Assembly: GCA_964035575.1 (NCBI GenBank)
Contig: OZ037834.1
Span: 1,550,001-1,614,000 of the forward strand
Origin: Rhynchopus sp. YZ270_cl-10
Taxonomy: Eukaryota
Reading direction: 5' to 3'
DNA length: 64,000 bases
In this document: positions 43,961 through 55,398 of the stretch, in pieces
Position numbering within the stretch: position 1 is the first letter of the stretch
How the letters are laid out: each line of letters opens with the position of its first letter
Made by a program: the position numbers and the translations under genes
The notes under the pieces: generated by a model
Told to the model about the DNA's origin: nothing
What the model saw: only the letters and a program-made list of their open reading frames with translations
Databases searched by the model: none

Positions 43961-46900
43961 CGCATCCGTTCTAACGCATCCGTTGTAACGCATCCGTTCT
44001 AACGCATCCGTTCTCACGCATCCGTTCTAACGCAGCCGTTCTAACGCGTACGTTCTAACGCATCCGTTCTCACGCATCCGTTCTAACGCAGCCGTTCTAA
44101 CGCGTACGTTCTAACGCATCCGTTCTAACGCATCCGTTCTAACGCAGCCGTTCCAACGCATCCGTTCTAACGCGTCCGTTGTAACGCATCCGTTCTAACG
44201 CATCCGTTCTAACGCGTACGTTCTAACGCATCCGTTCCAACGCGTCCCTTCTCACGCATCCGTTCTAAAGCATCCGTTCTAACGCATCCGTTCTAACGCA
44301 TCCGTTCTAACGCATCCGTTCTAACGCGTCCGTTGTAACGCATCCGTTCTAACGCATCCGTTCTAACGCGTACGTTCTAACGCATCCGTTCTCACGCATC
44401 CGTTCTAACGCATCCGTTCTAACGCATCCGTTCTAACGCGTACGTTCTAACGCATCCGTTCTAACGCATCCGTTCTAACGCAGCCGTTCTAACGCGTACG
44501 TTCTCACGCATCCGTTCTAACGCATCCGTTGTAACGCATCCGTTCTAACGCATCCGTTCTAACGCATCCGTTCTAACGCATCCGTTCTAACGCATCCGTT
44601 CCAACGCGTCCCTTCTCACGCATCCGTTCTCACGCATCCGTTCTAACGCATCCGTTCTAACGCATCCGTTCTAACGCATCCGTTCTAACGCATCCGTTCT
44701 AACGCGTCCCTTCTCACGCATCCGTTCAAACGCATCCGTTCTAACGCATCCGTTCTAACGCATCCGTTCTAACGCATCCGTTCTAACGCATCCGTTCTAA
44801 CGCATCCGTTCTAACGCATCCGTTCCAACTCGTCCCTTCTCACGCATCCGTTCTCACGCATCCGTTCTAACGCATCCGTTCTAACGCATCCGTTCTAACG
44901 CGTCCCTTCTCACGCATCCGTTCTCACGCATCCGTTCTAACGCATCCGTTCTAACGCATCCGTTCTAACGCATCCGTTCCAACGCGTCCCTTCTCACGCA
45001 TCCGTTCTAACGCATCCGTTCTAACGCGTACGTTCTCACGCATCCGTTCCAACGCATCCGTTCTAACGCGTCCGTTCTAACGCATACGTTCTAACGCATC
45101 CGTTCTCACGCATCCGTTCTAACGCATCCGTTCTAACGCGTACGTTCTCACGCATCCGTTCCAACGCATCCGTTCTAACGCATACGTTCTAACGCATCCG
45201 TTCTCACGCATCCGTTCTAACGCGTACGTTCTCACGCATCCGTTCTAACGCATCCGTTCTAACGCATCCGTTCTAACGCATCCGTTCTAACGCATCCGTT
45301 CTATCGCGTACGTTCTAACGCATCCGTTCTAACGCATCCGTTCTAACGCGTACGTTCTCACGCATCCGTTCTAACGCATCCGTTCTAACGCATACGTTCC
45401 AACGCGTCCCTTCTCACGCATCCGTTCTCACGCATCCGTTCTAACGCATCCGTTCTAACGCATCCGTTCTAACGCATCCGTTCCAACGCGTCCCTTCTCA
45501 CGCATCCGTTCTAACGCATCCGTTCTAACGCGTACGTTCTCACGCATCCGTTCCAACGCATCCGTTCTAACGCGTCCGTTCTAACGCATCCGTTCTAACG
45601 CATCCGTTCTAACGCATCCGTTCTCACGCATCAGTTCTCACGCGTACGTTCTAACGCATCCGTTCTCACGCATCCGTTCTAACGCGTACGTTCTCACGCA
45701 TCCGTTCTAACGCATCCGTTGTAACGCATCCGTTCCAACGCGTCCGTTCTAACGCATCCGTTCTAACGCGTACGTTCTAACGCATCCGTTCTAACGCATC
45801 TGTTCTAACGCATCCGTTCTAACGCATCCGTTCTAACGCGTCCGTTGTAACGCATCCGTTCTAACGCATCCGTTCTAACGCATCCGTTCTAACGCATCCG
45901 TTCTAAAGCATCCGTTCTCACGCATCCGTTCCAACGCGTACGTTCTCACGCATCCGTTCTAACGCATCCGTTCCAACGCGTCCCTTCTCACGCATCCGTT
46001 CTAAAGCATCCGTTCTAACGCATCCGTTCTAACGCATCCGTTCTAACGCATCCGTTCTATCGCGTACGTTCTAACGAGTACGTTCTCACGCATCCGTTCT
46101 AACGCATCCGTTCTAACGCATCCGTTCCAACGCATCCGTTCTAACGCATCCGTTCTAACGCATCCGTTCTAACGCGTATGTTCTCACGCATCCGTTCTAA
46201 CGCATCCGTTCCAACGCATCCGTTCTAACGCATCCGTTCTAACGCATCCGTTCTAACGCATCCGTTCTAACGCATCCGTTCCAACGCATCCGTTCTAACG
46301 CATCCGTTCTAACGCATCCGTTCTAACGCATCCGTTCTAACGCATCCGTTCTAACGCATCCGTTCTCACGCATCCGTTCTAACGCATCCGTTCCAACGCA
46401 TCCGTTCTAACGCATCCGTTCTAACGCATCCGTTCTAACGCATACGTTCTAACGCATCCGTTCCAACGCATCCGTTCCAACGCATCCGTTCTAACGCATC
46501 CGTTCTAACGCATCCGTTCTCACGCATCCGTTCCAACGCGTCCCTTCTCACGCATCCGTTCTAAAGCATCCGTTCTAACGCATCCGTTCTAACGCATCCG
46601 TTCTAACGCATCCGTTCCAACGCATCCGTTCTAACGCATCCGTTCTAACGCATCCGTTCTAACGCGTCCGTTGTAACGCATCCGTTCTAACGCATCCGTT
46701 CTAACGCATCCGTTCCAACGCATCCGTTCTCACGCATCCGTTCTAACGCGTACGTTCTAACGCATCCGTTCTCACGCATCCGTTCTAACGCAGCCGTTCT
46801 AACGCGTACGTTCTAACGCATCCGTTCTCACGCATCCGTTCTAACGCAGCCGTTCTAACGCGTACGTTCTAACGCATCCGTTCTAACGCATCCGTTCTAA

Positions 46901-49900
46901 CGCAGCCGTTCCAACGCATCCGTTCTAACGCATCCGTTCTAACGCGTCCGTTGTAACGCATCCGTTCTAACGCATCCGTTCTAACGCGTACGTTCTAACG
47001 CATCCGTTCCAACGCGTCCCTTCTCACGCATCCGTTCTAAAGCATCCGTTCTAACGCATCCGTTCTAACGCATCCGTTCTAACGCATCCGTTCTAACGCG
47101 TCCGTTGTAACGCATCCGTTCTAACGCATCCGTTCTAACGCGTACGTTCTAACGCATCCGTTCTCACGCATCCGTTCTAACGCATCCGTTCTAACGCATC
47201 CGTTCTAACGCGTACGTTCTAACGCATCCGTTCTAACGCATCCGTTCTAACGCAGCCGTTCTAACGCGTACGTTCTCACGCATCCGTTCTAACGCATCCG
47301 TTGTAACGCATCCGTTCTAACGCATCCGTTCTAACGCATCCGTTCCAACGCGTCCCTTCTCACGCATCCGTTCTCACGCATCCGTTCTAACGCATCCGTT
47401 CTAACGCATCCGTTCTAACGCATCCGTTCTAACGCATCCGTTCTAACGCGTCCCTTCTCACGCATCCGTTCTAACGCATCCGTTCTAACGCGTACGTTCT
47501 CACGCATCCGTTCTAACGCATCCGTTCTAACGCGTCCCTTCTCACGCATCCGTTCTCACGCATCCGTTCTAACGCATCCGTTCTAACGCATCCGTTCTAA
47601 CGCATCCGTTCTAACGCATCCGTTCTAACGCATCCGTTCCAACGCGTCCCTTCTCACGCATCCGTTCTCACGCATCCGTTCTAACGCATCCGTTCTAACG
47701 CATCCGTTCTAACGCGTCCCTTCTCACGCATCCGTTCTCACGCATCCGTTCTAACGCATCCGTTCTAACGCATCCGTTCTAACGCATCCGTTCTAACGCA
47801 TCCGTTCCAACGCGTCCCTTCTCACGCATCCGTTCTAACGCATCCGTTCTAACGCGTACGTTCTCACGCATCCGTTCCAACGCATCCGTTCTAACGCGTC
47901 CGTTCTAACGCATACGTTCTAACGCATCCGTTCTCACGCATCCGTTCTAACGCATCCGTTCTAACGCGTACGTTCTCACGCATCCGTTCCAACGCATCCG
48001 TTCTAACGCATCCGTTCTAACGCATACGTTCTCACGCATCCGTCCCAACGCATCCGTTCTCACGCATCCGTTCTAACGCATCCGTTCTATCGCGTACGTT
48101 CTCACGCGTACGTTCTCACGCATCCGTCCCAACGCATCCGTTCTCACGCATCCGTTCTAACGCATCCGTTCTATCGCGTACGTTCTCACGCGTACGTTCT
48201 CACGCATCCGTTCTAACGCATCCGTTCTAACGCATCCGTTCTAACGCATCCGTTCTAACGCATCCGTTCTAACGCATCCGTTCCAACGCGTCCCTTCTCA
48301 CGCATCCGTTCTAACGCATCCGTTCTAACGCGTCCGTTCTAACGCATCCGTTCTAACGCATCCGTTCTAACGCATCCGTTCTAACGCGTCCGTTCTAACG
48401 CATCCGTTCTAACGCATCCGTTCTAACGCATCAGTTCTCACGCATCCGTTCTAACGCATCCGTTCTCACGCATCCGTTCTAACGCATCCGTTGTAACGCA
48501 TCCGTTCCAACGCGTCCGTTCTAACGCATCCGTTCTAACGCGTACGTTCTAACGCATCCGTTCTAACGCATCCGTTCTAACGCGTACGTTCTAACGCATC
48601 CGTTCTAACGAGTACGTTCTCACGCATCCGTTCTAACGCATCCGTTCTTACGCATCCGTTCTAACGCATCCGTTCTAAAGCATCCGTTCTCACGCATCCG
48701 TTCCAACGCGTACGTTCTCACGCATCCGTTCTAACGCATCCGTTCCAACGCGTCCCTTCTCACGCATCCGTTCTAAAGCATCCGTTCTAACGCATCCGTT
48801 CTAACGCATCCGTTCTAACGCATCCGTTCTAACGCATCCGTTCTCACGCATCCGTTCTAACGCATCCGTTCTAACGCATCCGTTCTAACGCATCCGTTCT
48901 AACGCATCCGTTCTAACGCATCCGTTCTAACGCATCCGTTCCAACGCGTCCCTTCTCACGCATCCGTTCTAACGCATCCGTTCTAACGCGTACGTTCTCA
49001 CGCATCCGTTCCAACGCATCCGTTCTAACGCGTCCGTTCTAACGCATCCGTTCTAACGCATCCGTTCTAACGCATCCGTTCTAACGCGTCCGTTCTAACG
49101 CATCCGTTCTAACGCATCCGTTCTAACGCATACGTTCTCACGCGTACGTTCTAACGCATCCGTTCTCACGCATCCGTTCTAACGCGTACGTTCTCACGCA
49201 TCCGTTCTAACGCATCCGTTGTAACGCATCCGTTCCAACGCGTCCGTTCTAACGCATCCGTTCTAACGCGTACGTTCTAACGCATCCGTTCTAACGCATC
49301 TGTTCTAACGCATCCGTTCTAACGCGTACGTTCTCACGCATCCGTTCTAACGCATCCGTTCTTACGCATCCGTTCTAACGCATCCGTTCTAAAGCATCCG
49401 TTCTCACGCATCCGTTCCAACGCGTACGTTCTCACGCATCCGTTCTAACGCATCCGTTCTAACGCGTACGTTCTCACGCATCCGTTCCAACGCATCCGTT
49501 CTAACGCGTCCGTTCTAACGCATCCGTTCTAACGCATCCGTTCTAACGCGTATGTTCTAACGCATCCGTTCTAACGCGTACGTTCCAACGCATCCGTTCT
49601 AACGCATCCGTTCTAACGCATCCGTTCTAACGCATCCGTTCTAACGCGTCCGTTGTAACGCATCCGTTCTAACGCATCCGTTCTAACGCATCCGTTCCAA
49701 CGCATCCGTTCTCACGCATCCGTTCTAACGCGTACGTTCTAACGCATCCGTTCCAACGCATCCGTTCTATCGCGTACGTTCTATCGCGTACGTTCTAACG
49801 CATCCGTTCTAACGCATCCGTTCTAAAGCATCCGTTCTAACGCATCCGTTCTAACGCATCCGTTCCAACGCATCCGTTCTAACGCATCCGTTCTAACGCA

Positions 49901-50200
49901 TCCGTTCTAACGCGTCCGTTGTAACGCATCCGTTCTAACGCATCCGTTCTAACGCATCCGTTCCAACGCATCCGTTCTCACGCATCCGTTCTAACGCGTA
50001 CGTTCTAACGCATCCGTTCTCACGCATCCGTTCTAACGCAGCCGTTCTAACGCGTACGTTCTAACGCATCCGTTCTCACGCATCCGTTCTAACGCAGCCG
50101 TTCTAACGCGTACGTTCTAACGCATCCGTTCTAACGCATCCGTTCTAACGCAGCCGTTCCAACGCATCCGTTCTAACGCATCCGTTCTAACGCGTCCGTT
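43961..50200. repeat. Higher-order repeat copy C (partial; end approximate)
   Basis: Line-by-line match to the start of copies A/B, with a small whole-monomer deletion near 48.57 kb. It lacks the CATCAGTTCCAA segment found at ~6290/26730, where the match ends. Confidence 0.75.
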
Positions 50201-53200
50201 GTAACGCATCCGTTCTAACGCATCCGTTCTAACGCGTACGTTCTAACGCATCCGTTCCAACGCGTCCCTTCTCACGCATCCGTTCTAAAGCATCCGTTCT
50301 AACGCATCCGTTCTAACGCATCCGTTCTAACGCATCCGTTCTAACGCGTCCGTTGTAACGCATCCGTTCTAACGCATCCGTTCTAACGCGTACGTTCTAA
50401 CGCATCCGTTCTCACGCATCCGTTCTAACGCATCCGTTCTAACGCATCCGTTCTAACGCGTACGTTCTAACGCATCCGTTCTAACGCATCCGTTCTAACG
50501 CAGCCGTTCTAACGCGTACGTTCTCACGCATCCGTTCTAACGCATCCGTTGTAACGCATCCGTTCTAACGCATCCGTTCTAACGCATCCGTTCTAACGCA
50601 TCCGTTCTAACGCATCCGTTCTAACGCATCCGTTCCAACGCGTCCCTTCTCACGCATCCGTTCTCACGCATCCGTTCTAACGCATCCGTTGTAACGCATC
50701 CGTTCTAACGCATCCGTTCTAACGCATCCGTTCTAACGCATCCGTTCTAACGCATCCGTTCTAACGCATCCGTTCTAACGCATCCGTTCTAACGCGTCCC
50801 TTCTCACGCATCCGTTCTAACGCATCCGTTCTAACGCGTACGTTCTCACGCATCCGTTCTAACGCATCCGTTCTAACGCGTCCCTTCTCACGCATCCGTT
50901 CTCACGCATCCGTTCTAACGCATCCGTTCTAACGCATCCGTTCTAACGCATCCGTTCTAACGCATCCGTTCTAACGCATCCGTTCTAACGCATCCGTTCC
51001 AACGCGTCCCTTCTCACGCATCCGTTCTCACGCATCCGTTCTAACGCATCCGTTCTAACGCATCCGTTCTAACGCGTCCCTTCTCACGCATCCGTTCTCA
51101 CGCATCCGTTCTAACGCATCCGTTCTAACGCATCCGTTCTAACGCATCCGTTCTAACGCATCCGTTCCAACGCGTCCCTTCTCACGCATCCGTTCTAACG
51201 CATCCGTTCTAACGCGTACGTTCTCACGCATCCGTTCCAACGCATCCGTTCTAACGCGTCCGTTCTAACGCATACGTTCTAACGCATCCGTTCTCACGCA
51301 TCCGTTCTAACGCATCCGTTCTAACGCGTACGTTCTCACGCATCCGTTCCAACGCATCCGTTCTAACGCATCCGTTCTAACGCATACGTTCTAACGCATC
51401 CGTTCTCACGCATCCGTTCTAACGCGTACGTTCTCACGCATCCGTTCTAACGCATCCGTTGTAACGCATCCGTTCCAACGCGTCCGTTCTAACGCATCCG
51501 TTCTAACGCATCCGTTCTAACGCATCCGTTCTAACGCATCCGTTCTATCGCGTACGTTCTAAGGCATCCGTTCTAACGCATCCGTTCTAACGCGTACGTT
51601 CTCACGCATCCGTTCTAACGCATCCGTTCTAACGCATACGTTCCAACGCGTCCCTTCTCACGCATCCGTTCTCACGCATCCGTTCTAACGCATCCGTTCT
51701 AACGCATCCGTTCTAACGCATCCGTTCCAACGCGTCCCTTCTCACGCATCCGTTCTAACGCATCCGTTCTAACGCGTACGTTCTCACGCATCCGTTCCAA
51801 CGCATCCGTTCTAACGCGTCCGTTCTAACGCATCCGTTCTAACGCATCCGTTCTAACGCATCCGTTCTAACGCGTCCGTTCTAACGCATCCGTTCTAACG
51901 CATCCGTTCTAACGCATCAGTTCTCACGCGTACGTTCTAACGCATCCGTTCTCACGCATCCGTTCTAACGCGTACGTTCTCACGCATCCGTTCTAACGCA
52001 TCCGTTGTAACGCATCCGTTCCAACGCGTCCGTTCTAACGCATCCGTTCTAACGCGTACGTTCTAACGCATCCGTTCTAACGCATCTGTTCTAACGCATC
52101 CGTTCTAACGAGTACGTTCTCACGCATCCGTTCTAACGCATCCGTTCTTACGCATCCGTTCTAACGCATCCGTTCTAAAGCATCCGTTCTCACGCATCCG
52201 TTCCAACGCGTACGTTCTCACGCATCCGTTCTAACGCATCCGTTCCAACGCGTCCCTTCTCACGCATCCGTTCTAAAGCATCCGTTCTAACGCATCCGTT
52301 CTAACGCATCCGTTCTAACGCATCCGTTCTAACGCATCCGTTCTAAAGCATCCGTTCTCACGCATCCGTTCCAACGCGTACGTTCTCACGCATCCGTTCT
52401 AACGCATCCGTTCCAACGCGTCCCTTCTCACGCATCCGTTCTAAAGCATCCGTTCTAACGCATCCGTTCTAACGCATCCGTTCTAACGCATCCGTTCTAT
52501 CGCGTACGTTCTAACGAGTACGTTCTCACGCATCCGTTCTAACGCATCCGTTCTAACGCATCCGTTCCAACGCATCCGTTCTAACGCATCCGTTCTAACG
52601 CATCCGTTCTAACGCATCCGTTCTAACGCATCCGTTCTAACGCGTATGTTCTCACGCATCCGTTCTAACGCATCCGTTCCAACGCATCCGTTCTAACGCA
52701 TCCGTTCTAACGCATCCGTTCTAACGCATCCGTTCTAACGCATCCGTTCCAACGCATCCGTTCTAACGCATCCGTTCTAACGCATCCGTTCTAACGCATC
52801 CGTTCTAACGCATCCGTTCTCACGCATCCGTTCTAACGCATCCGTTCCAACGCATCCGTTCTAACGCATCCGTTCTAACGCATCCGTTCTAACGCATACG
52901 TTCTAACGCATCCGTTCCAACGCATCCGTTCTAACGCATCCGTTCTAACGCATCCGTTCTCACGCATCCGTTCCAACGCGTCCCTTCTCACGCATCCGTT
53001 CTAAAGCATCCGTTCTAACGCATCCGTTCTAACGCATCCGTTCTAACGCATCCGTTCTAACGCATCCGTTCCAACGCGTCCCTTCTCACGCATCCGTTCT
53101 AAAGCATCCGTTCTAACGCATCCGTTCTAACGCATCCGTTCTAACGCTTCCGTTCTCACGCATCCGTTCTAACGCATCCGTTCTAACGCGTCCGTTCTAA

Positions 53201-53886
53201 CGCATCCGTTCTATCGCGTACGTTCTAACGCATCCGTTCTATCGCGTACGTTCTAACGCATCCGTTCTAACGCGTATGTTCTAACGCATCCGTTCTCACG
53301 CATCCGTTCTAACGCAGCCGTTCTAACGCGTACGTTCTAACGCATCCGTTCCAACGCATCCGTTCTATCGCGTACGTTCTAACGCATCCGTTCTAACGCG
53401 TATGTTCTAACGCATCCGTTCTAACGCATCCGTTCTAACGCGTATGTTCTAACGCATCCGTTCTAACGAGTATGTTCTAACGCATCCGTTCTATCGCGTA
53501 CGTTCTCACGCATCCGTTCTAACGCGTACGTTCTCACGCATCCGTCCCAACGCATCCGTTCTCACGCATCCGTTCTAACGCATCCGTTCCAACGCATCCG
53601 TTCCAACGCATCCGTTCTAACGCATTCGTTCTAACGCGTACGTTCTCACGCATCCGTTCTAACGCGTCCGTGCTAAGGCGTACGTTCTAACGCATCCGTT
53701 CTCACGCATCCGTTCTAACGCATCCGTTCCAACGCATCCGTTCTCACGCATCCGTTCTAACGCATCCGTTCCAACGCGTCCCTTCTCACGCATCCGTACT
53801 AACGCATCTGTTCCAACGCGTACGTTCTAACGCGTCCGTTCTAACGCGTCCGTTCTAACGCATCCGTTCTAACGCATCCGTTCTAA

Positions 53887-53942
53887 CGCGTTTGTTGTCA
53901 CGATTCCATTCTCAAGAGTCCGTTCTAAGGAATCAGTTCACA
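53887..53942. repeat. Four degenerate satellite monomers at the array edge
   Basis: Still in 14-bp phase: CGCGTTTGTTGTCA, CGATTCCATTCTCA, AGAGTCCGTTCTAA, GGAATCAGTTCACA. Confidence 0.85.
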
Positions 53943-53999
53943 TCTCTAGTGTTGTACGAAGGAAGGTGTCCTTCAGAATTTGAGTTGACGGTCTTGAAA

Positions 54000-54510
54000 A
54001 CACTTCGCTGGCTGGTGTTTCTAACGGTATGTGTATGGTTTGCACATAACGCTCTACGTATACGATACACACAACGCTATGCATAAGCGATACACGGTTC
54101 GTGTGCACCTAAAGCATGCTACGGGTTTAACGCCATCGCGTTAACGCAACACCTGCGCCGCTGTGACACTTCGCTGGCTCGTGTGGTTATGGTAACGGAA
54201 CGGTCTACACGTGCGTTACACACAACGGTCTTCGTATACGATACACACAACGCTATGTATAAGCGATACACGCGTTAACCGCAACGGGTGGTTACCAAAC
54301 GCAGCCCACCTTCGGTGGGCAGGTAAAACGGCGTCCTAGCGCCGCGGAAACACTCTTGCAGGCTCGTGTGGTTGATAACGGAACGGTCTGCACGTGCGTT
54401 ACACACAACGGTCTTCGTATACGATACACACAACGCTATGCATATGCGATACACGCGTTAACCGTAACGTGTGGTTACCAAACGCAGCCCACCTGCGGTG
54501 GGCTGCTGCA
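54000..54510. repeat. Three internal ~170-185 bp subrepeats of unit 1
   Basis: Core CGTATACGATACACACAACGCTATG(C/T)ATA(A/T)GCGATACAC at ~54057, ~54233 and ~54417. It also occurs at ~56153, ~56294, ~56477 and, split by an insertion, at 57171/58135. Confidence 0.85.
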
Positions 54511-55002
54511 ACTCGTGACGTGTGTGGCCCATGCATGGTTCTCACAGCGCGCTGGCACGTTTCCCAAGCCGGAAACCCGGTTACCTGCCTGAAAAACCGG
54601 GTTTTTGGCCAAAACGCCTGTTTTGCCTGTAGAACCCTGTAGAAGCCTTAAGATACACGTGTTTTGCTAAGGCAAAAAGGGGTACTCGCGACACCCTGGA
54701 ATCAGGGTTTGCCAGGGGTCCCAGCTTCGTCTAAGCCGTAAACCCCCCAAAAAGTGTCCGATCTTTCCAAAGAAACCGTTTTTCCAGCTGTGCGAAGCTT
54801 CTACACTCAGGGCTTCCCACAGGGGGGACCAGGGGGGACCACTGGTCCCCCTGGGGGAAAATAAAAATAATAAGGGGGGACCAGGGGGGACCAGGGGGGA
54901 CCAGCCTGCCCTTGAGTGTTCCGAGGCTGCCTATTAGGAATTTTCCACATTTTTTTTAATTTTTCCCACCCTCCCGTCCCCGCGCATCCAAATACAGGCA
55001 AC

Positions 55003-55235
55003 TACACGACGGTGATGTACAGTACATTACAAGTGAAGTTACATGTAACGTTACAAGTGAAAAACCGTTACAAGTGAGTTACAAGTGAGTTACAAGTGGG
55101 ATACATGAATTACAGGCAAAATCAGGTTGTAACTGGTGGGTTACAAGTGAGTTACAAGTGAGTTACATGTAACAAAAGTTACATGTAACTCACTTGTAAC
55201 TCCACTTGTAACACCCGTTACATCACCGTCGTGTA
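55003..55235. mobile_element. MITE nested in the hAT-like element
   Basis: Perfect 17-bp inverted ends TACACGACGGTGATGTA / TACATCACCGTCGTGTA (the terminal TA may be the TSD). The interior is built of GTTACAAGTG(A) repeats and their inverse CACTTGTAAC. Confidence 0.85.
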
Positions 55236-55248
55236 ACAGGGGGAAAAG

Positions 55249-55398
55249 ATGGCACCAAAAAAGTCCTCCGGACCAAGACAGATTTCCATAATGGAATTTG
55301 CAAAGCGACCGGCGGAGTCCCAGTTATCGGCTCAGGCTCCGAAGAGGCAGAAAATAACGGTTGCAAAGAACCACGAGTATGCCTCATGGGCAAAGTGA
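55249..55398 (+). pseudogene. 49-codon ORF, possible N-terminal remnant of the element's transposase
   Basis: Manual translation: MAPKKSSGPRQISIMEFAKRPAESQLSAQAPKRQKITVAKNHEYASWAK*. It has basic NLS-like patches and lies just inside the left end of the hAT-like element. No catalytic motif is seen. Confidence 0.35.

Larger units (their letters stand above)
1..53886. repeat. 14-bp tandem satellite array, consensus CGCATCCGTTCTAA (3,849 monomers in window, open at left edge)
   Basis: Monomer read directly. CGCATCCGTT recurs in phase at 1, 421, 841 ... 53761 (53760 = 3840 x 14). Recurrent variants include ..CTCA, ..CCAA, ..GTAA, ..CTAT, CGCGTACG.., CGCGTCCCTTCTCA, CGCAGCC.., AGCATCC.. Confidence 0.99.

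Noticed and set aside
1..53886. Giant repetitive protein (LERMR*NGCVRTDA)n via stop-codon reassignment
   Set aside because: The CTCA variant changes TAG to GAG in one frame but creates TGA in another. Neighbouring genes have no in-frame stops and terminate at TAG/TAA.
1..53886. CRISPR-like or information-storing array
   Set aside because: There are no unique spacers and no cas genes, and the variant order is explained by nested duplication.
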